Shown: piece after piece, positions 1-11,657 of the stretch
How positions within the stretch are numbered: the first letter of the stretch is position 1
Layout of the letters: each line of letters starts with the position of its first letter
NCBI GenBank assembly: GCA_028023455.1
Contig: JAQFVV010000003.1
Coordinates: 26,970,001-27,034,000 of the forward strand
Source: Epiperipatus broadwayi
Taxonomy: Eukaryota > Animalia > Onychophora
Reading direction: 5' to 3'
DNA: 64,000 nt
Position numbers and translations under genes: made by a program
Notes under the pieces: generated by a model
Told to the model about the DNA's origin: nothing
The model's database searches: none
The model's input: the letters and a program-made list of their open reading frames with translations, nothing else

Positions 1-144
1 CACATAGTTTAAATAGATATATATTTATAATATTTTAGAAATTGATCATTTAATAGCAGAAGAGAATGTAAGAATTGCAAAGATATTTTACTTTAGTCTT
101 TTAAATTGTTGGTCATTTGATCAATTGATGTTACCACAGCCTTC

Positions 145-146
<2 letters not shown>

Positions 147-183
<37 letters not shown>
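147..183. repeat. (TA)n microsatellite
   Basis: Pure AT dinucleotide run; others near 2211-2296, 11658-11678 and 41092-41121. Confidence 0.95.
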
Positions 184-190
<7 letters not shown>

Positions 191-2209
191 TATTAATCAA
201 ATTGAAAATATCTCAAAGGCAACTAATACAAAGCTAGAAGTCATTCACAGGTAGGTTATTTTTAATCAATTCAACATTAATAAAGTGTTTATTGTAACTA
301 TATCCTGTTGATGTGGTAAAATGGTTTTTGATTGATTCGTAGATAATTAAAAATTTTTTAAAAAAGTCTCAATTCAGGCATTGTTTTGCTAATATACACT
401 TAACTGTCCTAATATTACATGGTTTCCTGAACAAATAACATAATTTTTTAAATGTTACTACTGCTACTGCTATTGCAACTACAACTACTACTATCACCAT
501 TACTGCTATCACTAATAACATAATGGCATTAGTACAATAAACATGAATAAAGATATCTTTTTGGACACAAACATTCAATCACCCAATAAAAAAGACATTT
601 GGCTTTAGTCAGAAGTTTGAGTGCTGGAAATGTGAGCCATGAATCGATTTTGGTAGCTTCCAATTCCAAATCAAGAGCTCTACTAACTGCACCAAAATGC
701 ATAAGGTAATCAACCAACAAAAATATATTAAGCATTCCATAATGACATAAACTAGTGTATATGGTAAATGTATATTAATGATTAAACTAGTTATCAATAG
801 CATTATTATGAATAGATCAAAAAAAGGTAATATATTTAGATTTTTTAATTTATATAAAATGTGATGAATCATGGCACAGAACATATTATAAATGTTCAAA
901 TTATATCCTTAATAACTCAAGAACCTCATCTTTCTCTAGTCTTTTTTTTTGTGTGAGTGCTACCTTATATATTAACCTCATCATAGGCATTATATGTTTG
1001 AGAGAAAATAATGATTCTAATTGCCTATGTTAATAATACAGCAAGCGTGCATTCCCTTTTCTAAAAAGTGGCTTGCTCTAACTAATTAATACATTATGCA
1101 AATAATATGTTCATTTGTTAGCTTTTAAAGAGGGTCTTATTCCCTTACCTCTGTTACAAGCATTGCTATGTCTACCAAAAGCATTCTAATCACCACAGTA
1201 TTTTTATCGTTAATAAAGCTTTGCTCTTAGAATAATTTGTGTATTTGTATACATATTACATTCGCAGAGATAAAGCGTTCATAAATTTTACTCATTAATA
1301 TTATTTTAGACCATCAGACATCACATGATCACCATTCTTTACACTAATGCATGAAGAGTTTTACCTCAGTGTAATATTCTTTTACTTGGGGTGAGAACAC
1401 TATCTTAGATTTCTTTTTTAATAGACTTATAAGTTGCCTATGGAAAGCCCATAATAATCCAAGTTTTCAGGGACTAATAAATTACCTTCAATTTTTTTTG
1501 ATACATCTTCTAATTTTTTGGGTGGAATGATCAGAGCATCTTTAAATAGGATGAACACTTTAATCAGTAAAATTGATATTAGAAATTTTTTTTAACTAAA
1601 TTATAAAAATAATGAAAATCATGACCTGAATATCCTCAAGAGATAAATAAGATCAATACTTTAATCAGTAAAATTGTTATTAACAAAACTTTTTAAACTA
1701 AATTAAAAAGTAATAGAACTTATGGATTGAATGTCTTCCAGAGAATAAAACTTCTCCAAATCTACATCATATTATTATAATCATTTTTTGCTTGTTTTTG
1801 TCACCCACATATCAACAGCGGGTTAATTCGAATCTTTACTTTCCAACTAATAATAGCTAAACACTCATTTACTGATCAATACTGGATATGTCAACTATTA
1901 AGATTTTTTTAAAAATATTACTTACTATAAAATATATAAAGCTTTATCATAAAATATAATTTACTGTTTTATTTATTAAGATTCATATTTTTATAGTACT
2001 GAAACAATTAAGAATTCTCTAAATGTATTATATCTGATTTGTCTCAAAATATTTGAAATGTTTGTAAAGATTAACAATTTCTCAATCTCCATATTCAATA
2101 ATTTTTTCACTATCTCGGTTTCATACAAACCCATTTTAACTTATAAATTGATGATCATCTTGATAAAATATTAAGTGATTTTAATATTTCAAATATGCCT
2201 TATATGTTA

Positions 2210-2241
<32 letters not shown>

Positions 2242-2255
2242 AAACATATATGCTG

Positions 2256-2298
<43 letters not shown>

Positions 2299-4310
2299 CT
2301 TTGCAGCATAATGTTTTATCTATCCATTTGTTATGCTTTTGTTGGCCCATATGAATCTTAATTATTTATTTAAGTTATAAGCAAACTTAGGAATCCAGAT
2401 AATCATCCAGTAATTTGTTAACTAAATGGATATTCATCCATTACTAGTTAAAAGGATCTAAGGTTAATCAAATTTTGTAGGTTGGGGATCAAAGTACTGA
2501 TTGAAAAAGTAATTGATATGACTGCCATATGTTGTTGACTTCATGACAGATGACACTGTCTTTCATTATAAATATATATTAAATTGTTTACCCAAAGACA
2601 GGTAGAATTATTAGTCATTAAATCAAGCTATTATAAATCAAGGTATGCTTACATAGAAGATTTTACTTATTTTATTAAAAAAATTGAATGGTTTATCAGA
2701 TAGAAGCCATAAGAAGTTTGAGTATTGGAAATACTAGTTAGAGCTATGATCCACAGATCCTGAATGTCAGAGTATGTGACTCTAAAGTTAGTACCAATTA
2801 TCTAGAATATTGTATTAATATATCAATAATTATATAAGACAACAATTAGGAGAATAACATTAAATATAGTGAGATTTATGATAAAATAAGTATAAGTGAT
2901 GATTTGACGTAACTTCACAATCTCTTAGCAAACTTCATTTAACATTTTTCATTTTAAAGCTAAATAATAAATTTTAATGAACTCCAACATCATTAAATAC
3001 TATAAAATATATTTTAAAAAATCAAATTTCTTAGGTGCCTTTTTCTATAAAAATGTTCATGAATATAATTAATACCAACAGAACATCACATGATTTGAGG
3101 GATTACTGCATAAGTGCACTAGTTTTCACTTTAAATCATAAGTTCTCTTTAAAAAAAAGCCAAAAACTAGTACAGAAATGTAGATGTGATAGCACTATTA
3201 TTTTGTGTCCATTGATTACATAAGCTGTTCGTAGAAAGTTCTAGAATAGGGTGATGTAAATACTATTGGAAAATACTATATTCCAATAGCCAAATGCATA
3301 CTTTTTTTCCAATTTTATTTTTTCTAAAAACTTTGTACATGATAAAACTTTTAGGCATTGCAACCAAAAGAGACTCCTCTCCTCAAGTATTAAGTTTCCT
3401 CATAGTTAAAAAGATCTCTGATACAGCTAATACTTTATTTTCAGAATATTTTTAATAGTGAACATATAGATATATATTCAAAGAAAACATGAGTTTTTTT
3501 AATATTAAACCAAAAAACAAAATGTATAACATCTTATTCGATTACACGCAAAGTAGTTTATTTCACACAAAGTAGTTTATTTCATATAAGTTGTCTGGAC
3601 ACTAATATGTTTTTCTCAAGTTTGTTGAGTTTTGATATAAACAACTATTTTACTTATAAAAAAGAACTTTATGGCATATTGATTAAAATATGACCTGATA
3701 AAACCCATAAAGAAGGCTAATTTCAGGCTTAGTACTTTACTTTCAAATAGTGGATCCATAGACTACCCAATAAGATATCTAGTTACTAATTAGGAAATAA
3801 CTAATGAGCTACCTTTTTCTGACAAAGTTCTGGCTTAATATGGTTTGGCCAGATGAGATGTGGATTTGATGAACACACCAATAAAAGTATCATTGTAATA
3901 TAATGTGATTTTTTCCATTGTGTAAGAGGTATCAGAAAGGCATTTACTTTTATATGTCTTTCACCATGGTGGGAGAAATTTACCATTGACTACAAATGGT
4001 GAAGTCATGGTTCAAATTTGTTTAATTCTTTTTTTGTAAATTCTCTTGTGACTTTTTTTTTTGCAGTGATATATTTGTTTCTCTTCTGACTTCTAGTTAG
4101 TCACTTGACAGACCTTTGTTAAAGTGCTCAACCAGTTTCATGCTTTCTTTAAAATATTGTCAATTTTACAAAGAATTTTTTTAATAAACATTACTTCAAC
4201 CATGTCACTTCTTGATAATACTTCTGAAATTTAAAAAATCTCTTATAGATATGCAACACTTAATCAATTGCCTTTATTTTGTAATTTTTATGAATTACTC
4301 AATTACTTTG

Positions 4311-4355
4311 GAGGCTATGAATATGAAGTCGAATGCTCTGAAAGCGCTTAGCCTT
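4311..4355 (+). ncRNA. Minimal hammerhead-like motif, A3-U8 variant
   Basis: GAGGCT ATGAATA T GAAG TCGAATG CTCT GAAA GCGCT T AGCCTT; palindromic stem III AGCGCT intact. Confidence 0.65.
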
Positions 4356-5470
4356 AAGAAATATTAGTGTAATTTTTATGAATTTAATTTCACTATATAC
4401 GTCAAGCGTATTAAATCTTACATAATTATTAATAGTGAAGAAAAATCTGAAATTTCAATTACTTTGAGTAAATGCAGAAAAAAAACATATTTTCTGTCAA
4501 TAAGTCACAATCTGTAGTTCATTCAAATTGACTAATTTGACTCACAATGATTCCCATTGTGATTAAGAACAGTAGTAGGTTGGTGGAATTCAAAAGCTAA
4601 AGGATCCTGAATTAACTTTTATCTGGATAAATTAAAAATCAAAAATCTTTTTTTATTGAACAGAACTGTTAATGTCCAAACATTACATGATCTCCCAAGT
4701 ATCTAAAATTGTGATTTATATTAGCAAAATGATATTTAGTATGTGTTAACATTCTCAAAACACTATTAGTATAGTATTGGTGTGGATTCTTATTGAATAT
4801 ATTACTGATGTTGAAAGAATCATACTTAGAATGCAAATTGGAATGTTTCTGTTTAAATAAGAATAATAATATTGCTACTATGTCTTAATTTGATATTTCT
4901 GATAATAAATTTGCACTTAATACCTGCATTCACAACAGTAATCCACTCTATCACTGATCTTACTACATTTGATATTTTTCCTCTGTTATTGCCTTATATT
5001 TCAGGCATAATAAATCAATGGTTGATCCATTAATTAAATGAACATGAAACATGCTATCTTTATTTTAAGATATTTTTAGTGATTAATTAAAAGTCTGTTA
5101 TGATGACATATTCAAAAGTCTGATAAGAATGCATAGTATACATACATAATTTTATAATTTTTCTGACTCACTAATATTCGAATTAATAGAGGCAATGCAC
5201 ACTATATTTTCCTCCCAAGCCTTCTATGTAAGCAGGAATAATCAATGATCATAATATGGCAATGCTAACCAAATTTCTTCAGATAAAACTTTGATTATTA
5301 GTCACCCTCAGTGAAGAATGCTCTTGGCAGATAAAGCCCAATGATCAAAATTTATTTTGCAATGTAATATAGTCTCCATTACATAGATGGCAGTGCTGAA
5401 AAAAATCTTAGTTAGTATTATTAAGCTTCTGTAGTGAGTAGCATATTTCAGTGCTGAAGGGTACAACATA

Positions 5471-5565
5471 GTTTGAAGGTTTGATTGGCATTGCCATCTG
5501 ATATCTATTATTATTTACACTTACATAGATAGTAGTGCCAATCAAATCTTCAAACTTATTTTTGG
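5471..5565. repeat. Small MITE-like hairpin
   Basis: GTTTGAAGGTTTGATTGGCA / TGCCAATCAAATCTTCAAAC; related sequence near 12942-12965. Confidence 0.55.
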
Positions 5566-8013
5566 CTACTAAATGTTATCAATGATTCATTTGAATAAAT
5601 GTTCCTCACTAACCAAAGAATATCTAGAGCCAATATTGATGGTTTTAGAGTATAGATTTAAAACAGAGAGCTGTTAATGTAATACGATGTAAGCAGAATC
5701 TAATAATCATCTCATTACTATTGTCTGCCTTCCCCCCCACCCCATTAGTACTACTCTGCAAAGGAGTTTCCAATAATAAAGTTTTTGTGCCTTGCATAAT
5801 TTTGAAGTGAGTTTTACCTTGGGATAACTCTGGATGCTTGCATGTCTGAGCTAAATATTTTGTAAATATTGTAAACTATTGAGTGTCACGGTTTATGTGT
5901 GCCATATATTGTGTCTTACTCTGTGTACAGTACAATAATAAATCAGATGCAAAGCATTTACTTCATTAACAAATGTTGATTATGGCTTTAAAAGCTACTA
6001 TCAATAGCCTCCTAGTGTACTGATTAGAGCAGTCATCTTCCATGATTGTGATTTGAATTAAAGTCTACAATGGAATTTAGAGACTGGTTCACTTAATTAA
6101 CAACCATAGTTTTTTTCTTCAAAGTATCTAGGCAATGACTAATGTAGACAAACAAATGCCATGCTCAGTTTGATGTTGTGGTACATGGATCATGGATCTA
6201 TTCTGTCACTTCTGGTTCTCAAATTTTCCATGCACAGTTTGGTGTAGTGATATATAGATTATGGCTCCACTCTGTCACTTTTAATGCTTGAATCTATGAA
6301 CTCCTCAATAAACTATTTGATTATAAATTTATAGTGAAAAAAAATTAGCCAGTAAATGAGTATTTAATTATTCTTTGTCAGAAATAATTAACAGTGAAAC
6401 AATTTAGATTAGTCAAGTGAGTATCAATATTTTGACAGATGTATAAGATGACGTCATTCCTGAGGGTTGCAAACATATTCAAATATTAACATACTTATGT
6501 ACACAGAGGTTTTTTATTTATATAGTGCATGTATAATTTAGATAACTGTATTTGCAAACATTGTAAACAAATCTGTAGAGATTTCAACTATGAGATAAAT
6601 ATTCCCAGTGGTAGAGAGATAGACTCAAAAGTTAAACATTTCTATATCGAAGCTCAAACCATTTTTCAGGTGCCTAAACATCATATGACCTGATCATCAA
6701 ACCTTTCAAAGTTTCATCCAGTTGCTGCTGATTTCTATCCACAGAATCTGGTTTAATTTCCAGCATAGAAAAAGGTATATTTTTTGAATGAGTGGATGTC
6801 AGTTTTCCCATAATCCAGTCTGTTATATGATGATTGAACTTCTGATTAACTATGCAACAAATTTTAATACTGGGCTCAGAGATTGTCCTTGGAAGTTGAT
6901 AAACTATTTATAAAAAGAGTATATTCGAAAACATCTCTAAAAACATTCTAACAGGGTTTTTTTGTTTGATCGCTTTTAATGTATGGGTAGAAAACAATAC
7001 AATTTTCATTATATCAAGTTGTAAGATTAGAACTCCCCCCCCCCCAAATGCTTCATTGCCTAAAAAAAATATTAATATCATGGTTAACTACCGATTCTCA
7101 GAATGTTCATTTGTAGACCCCAATATCTCTAGTTTAACTTGAATAAAGACTCTTTTTTTTTTGGAAATGACATTTTCAACCCCCCCCCCCTTTTTTTTTT
7201 TCAACAAGAAAGTATAATTCATATAAAAAAATAAAAAAATTGATTACTTAATAAAAATTAAAATATCTATATATATATATATATCAGACTTATAAATAAA
7301 AATACATAAAAACATGTCATTTTCTTATGATAGAATGATGTGATGGAAAAATATTTAACTGTTACCATGGAGATGCTGATTATTTGAGAAAATGCTTTCA
7401 TAGTGAAAGAAGTTGGTTTGAGTTTCTGGATGGCAAAATTGTAATGAGAGGTAGGTGCATTGACAAAAAAAATTAATACATATATTTTTTTAATTTCTGT
7501 AGCACAATGATTATTCATCCTTCCATTGCATGTTAAAAGTGAATAGAAATCCATTGCTATTATGTGAGAGAATGGTATGATGGAAAAATATTGAAATCAA
7601 CATGGGCCAGTAATCCCAGCTGTCTGATACTTCTAGCTTAACTTGATGAACAAAGACTGTTTGTAAAAGGCATATATAGTGAGAGAAGATAGTATGAGTT
7701 CTATAGTGAATAGTTGCAATATACAATGAAAAGAGGGATGTACTGATTAAAAAAATAAAAAAATTAGACTTATTTTTTTTGTTTATTTAGTTCCATCTGC
7801 TTGGTCACTAATGATGAACAAATTCCCTAATTTTGAAAATTAATAAAATATATAAATTTTGCAGTTCTTAGATATATGTTTGTGCTTTTAAAAAATTAAA
7901 TTTTGGACACACTTGTTTACACTGAATCTAGATACAAATTATGGTTAAAAAATAAACTTAGTAAAACATAATCTTTGATAAGTCAAAAATATGCAGACCT
8001 TATATATATATAT

Positions 8014-9453
8014 TGTAACGTTACAAATATATTGGCATTTGGTAAAAGCTAAAAAAGTAAATTTAGATTTTTTTTTGATTAGTATAATTTTTGTTAAAAT
8101 GTGCAATGAAGGTTAAAATTGTCATTCTTATTTTTTTTATCTAATTGGAAAGAATAAATGACATACAGATTACTAATCCAGATAAATTAAAAGAATTCCA
8201 AAAGTATAAGCTAAAAGAAAAATATTTTAGCTAATTAAAGATGGAAGAATAATGCTAAAAAAAAGAGAACTTTGTAACTTAAATTTAAGAGAGAGTGTAT
8301 AAGATTATTATCTTATACGCTGATAAAAAGACAAAAGAGTGCGCAGAAGTTCCAAAAATGGAGCGCGATATAAAAAGGAGATGACAACTTCAATCTGGGT
8401 CTTCTCTTTTACTTCTAGTTACGTCTCTGAAAGTTGGAGGTTTCCACGAGCATAACCTGTGGCAAGAAATATACTTCTACACAGGTATGCCCCTTGCTGT
8501 ACCAAGCTGTCACGCAAGCATGGAAACGGGACTTGTGAAGACCGCTTTTTGCAATAAAAGGGTCACTACAACCGTGCCTTTTCTCCAGCTATAGAACGGA
8601 ACAATAATGGAAGACGCCGGCAGGAGAGACCAATGGAAATTCTCATGATCTGGGATCCCATAAACCTACATGAACTTACCGGTAAGTTAAGAATAAATTT
8701 TCCTGATAGTGACTTAAAAGTTTGCAAACAATTATTTATCTAGGCTTAGACTACCATCCTGATATAGACTTTTCGTATTCAAGGGACTTTCTTATAAAGA
8801 ATTTTATACAAGATCTTGGAACATTATTAAATTGCGTTCATTATTTAATCTAACTGTTTTTGTTAATCGATTCATTATCTGGATTAGCATGTGTGTACTT
8901 TCCAGTTTAGTTAATTCGTAATTTAACTTATAAATATTTTAGTTTGTTAGAATAAAAGAGATTATACTTTTATCAACCTTTTTCATTGTGCGTTATTAAT
9001 AATGGTTATTATTCTTTTTAGTATTAAAGTTATTATTAGTTTAATAAGATTTAAAAGTAATTTACCTTGCCAATATGTTTGAATAAGCCCAGCAATAATA
9101 ATCTCAAAAAAAAGATAATTCTAGTTTACCGTAAAATTACCGATTCTTAAAATCTAAGACCAATAATTTTAAAAATATTTTATTTTTTTTTTTATTTGCG
9201 AGACATGCTGGCGACAGATATCAGCGGTCTTTTTAGAATAAAAAGACCTGGCGCCTATCAAATAAATTAAAAGCTGATCTCATCAATAGCATAATTCTCA
9301 ACCATCAATAGGCAAAGTTTGATCAGGAAATATAGCTGTGTTTTTTAGGAAAAGAAATACAACTTTCTTTTTTCTTTTGATACAGCTTGATCAACTCACG
9401 CTCAAATATAAATTTGAGGCGTATAGTGGCCTAGTAATACGAAAAACGTTACA
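8014..9453 (+). repeat. 5' LTR (1440 bp)
   Basis: Direct repeat of 10202-11657. TATAAAA at 8369-8375 and AATAAA at 8553-8558. Confidence 0.93.
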
Positions 9454-9454
9454 A

Positions 9455-9471
9455 TGGCGACCCAACTCGGG
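9455..9471 (+). promoter_or_regulatory. Primer-binding site TGGCGACCCAACTCGGG
   Basis: Starts 1 nt after the LTR end with TGG (complement of tRNA CCA). TGGCGACC resembles tRNA-Arg-type PBS sequences; the priming tRNA is not confirmed. Confidence 0.8.
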
Positions 9472-10201
9472 CTTCGATTTAACAACTACAACCTGAGATG
9501 AGTTGTAATGATAAAGAACATTACAATGATGACTCAAAGAAACTCACAGCCGGAAAATAAATTATGATTTTTTTGAAAAAAGAAAAAAATTATAAAAAAA
9601 AAAACTAACTAATTAAACCCTGATTATTAAAATATGAAAGAAGATATTTTTTTAATATGACTTCCAGAAAGAAAAAATATATATGTATATTTTTTTATAT
9701 ATGTCTAAAAACACGATCGTGGCTGATGTAGACGTAAGTCACAAGTATTTGACCGGGTAGGCGGTTACTGAAGAGGGGAATAACATAGCCCCGAGTCCTT
9801 ATCCGCAGTATATGAACATAAGACCGTCTTTAAATGCTCGTCAGACTATTTCTAGCAGAGATCCCAATAAAGGGGAAGGCGGATCAAGTTGGACCAAGTT
9901 GCCACGAGCCTGTAAGACTCAGAACGATGAGCAACGCTCGTTTGTGCTTATAACTTGGGCTTCTTATCGTTAATATTACACTAAAGCGGATAGGACACAG
10001 ATGAATGTTGAAATATTTTCCATTCCCGCCGTGTTAGACCTAAAAGTGGGCGTTAAAGCCGAACGTCGCTTGTGAATGAGTCTACACAATATATCAGCAC
10101 GCTACTACAGAAAAAAAAAATACGAATATGAATTTAAAAAACTTAAGAATAAAATTAGTGTAAACCCCTATTTTATTCTCATCTCCTGGCACTGGTGGTA
10201 T

Positions 10202-11657
10202 TGTAACGTTTATTTATATACGTTACAAATATATTGGCATTTGGTAAAAGCTAAAAAAGTAAATTTAGATTTTTTTTTGATTAGTATAATTTTTGTTAAA
10301 ACGTGCAATGAAGGTTAAAATTGTCATTCTTATTTTTTTTTATCTAATTGGAAAGAATAAATGACATACAGATTACTAATCCAGATAAATTAAAAGAATT
10401 CCAAAAGTATAAGCTAAAAGAAAAATATTTTAGCTAATTAAAGATGGAAGAATAATGCTAAAAAAAAAAGAGAACTTTGTAACTTAAATTTAAGAGAGAG
10501 TGTATAAGATTATTATCTTATACGCTGATAAAAAGACAAAAGAGTGCGCAGAAGTTCCAAAAATGGAGCGCGATATAAAAAGGAGATGACAACTTCAATC
10601 TGGGTCTTCTCTTTTACTTCTAGTTACGTCTCTGAAAGTTGGAGGTTTCCACGAGCATAACCTGTGGCAAGAAATATACTTCTACACAGGTATGCCCCTT
10701 GCTGTACCAAGCTGTCACGCAAGCATGGAAACGGGACTTGTGAAGACCGCTTTTTGCAATAAAAGGGTCACTACAACCGTGCCTTTTCTCCAGCTATAGA
10801 ACGGAACAATAATGGAAGACGCCGGCAGGAGAGACCAATGGAAATTCTCATGATCTGGGATCCCATAAACCTACATGAACTTACCGGTAAGTTAAGAATA
10901 AATTTTCCTGATAGTGACTTAAAAGTTTGCAAACAATTATTTATCTAGGCTTAGACTACCATCCTGATATAGACTTTTCGTATTCAAGGGACTTTCTTAT
11001 AAAGAATTTTATACAAGATCTTGGAACATTATTAAATTGCGTTCATTATTTAATCTAACTGTTTTTGTTAATCGATTCATTATCTGGATTAGCATGTGTG
11101 TACTTTCCAGTTTAGTTAATTCGTAATTTAACTTATAAATATTTTAGTTTGTTAGAATAAAAGAGATTATACTTTTATCAACCTTTTTCATTGTGCGTTA
11201 TTAATAATGGTTATTATTCTTTTTAGTATTAAAGTTATTATTAGTTTAATAAGATTTAAAAGTAATTTACCTTGCCAATATGTTTGAATAAGCCCAGCAA
11301 TAATAATCTCAAAAAAAAGATAATTCTAGTTTACCGTAAAATTACCGATTCTTAAAATCTAAGACCAATAATTTTAAAAATATTTTATTTTTTTTTTATT
11401 TGCGAGACATGCTGGCGACAGATATCAGCGGTCTTTTTAGAATAAAAAGACCTGGCGCCTATCAAATAAATTAAAAGCTGATCTCATCAATAGCATAATT
11501 CTCAACCATCAATAGGCAAAGTTTGATCAGGAAATATAGCTGTGTTTTTTAGGAAAAGAAATACAACTTTCTTTTTTCTTTTGATACAGCTTGATCAACT
11601 CACGCTCAAATATAAATTTGAGGCGTATAGTGGCCTAGTAATACGAAAAACGTTACA
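10202..11657 (+). repeat. 3' LTR (1456 bp)
   Basis: The differences from the 5' LTR that I could find are a 14-bp indel at the start, three homopolymer length changes and one C/T change. Confidence 0.93.

Larger units (their letters stand above)
8014..11657 (+). mobile_element. Non-autonomous LTR retroelement (Ty3/gypsy-like ends), recent insertion
   Basis: Two near-identical LTRs bounded by TGTAACG...CGTTACA, a tRNA-type PBS, a 748-bp internal region with no ORF, and ATAT on both flanks inside a (TA)n tract. Confidence 0.93.

Noticed and set aside
369-899. Short hydrophobic ORFs
   Set aside because: They derive from a (TAC/TGC)n repeat and AT-rich sequence, with no splice or homology support. 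The same applies to most 60-100 aa ORFs in the track.
7500-7700. Copia RNase H-like IEIHCYYVREW
   Set aside because: A single short motif amid stops; not enough to call.
9761-9806. Hammerhead-like CTGAAGA-GGGG/CCCC inside the LTR element (retrozyme idea)
   Set aside because: Stem II is followed by GAGTCC instead of GAAA, and stem I is out of register with any NUH site.
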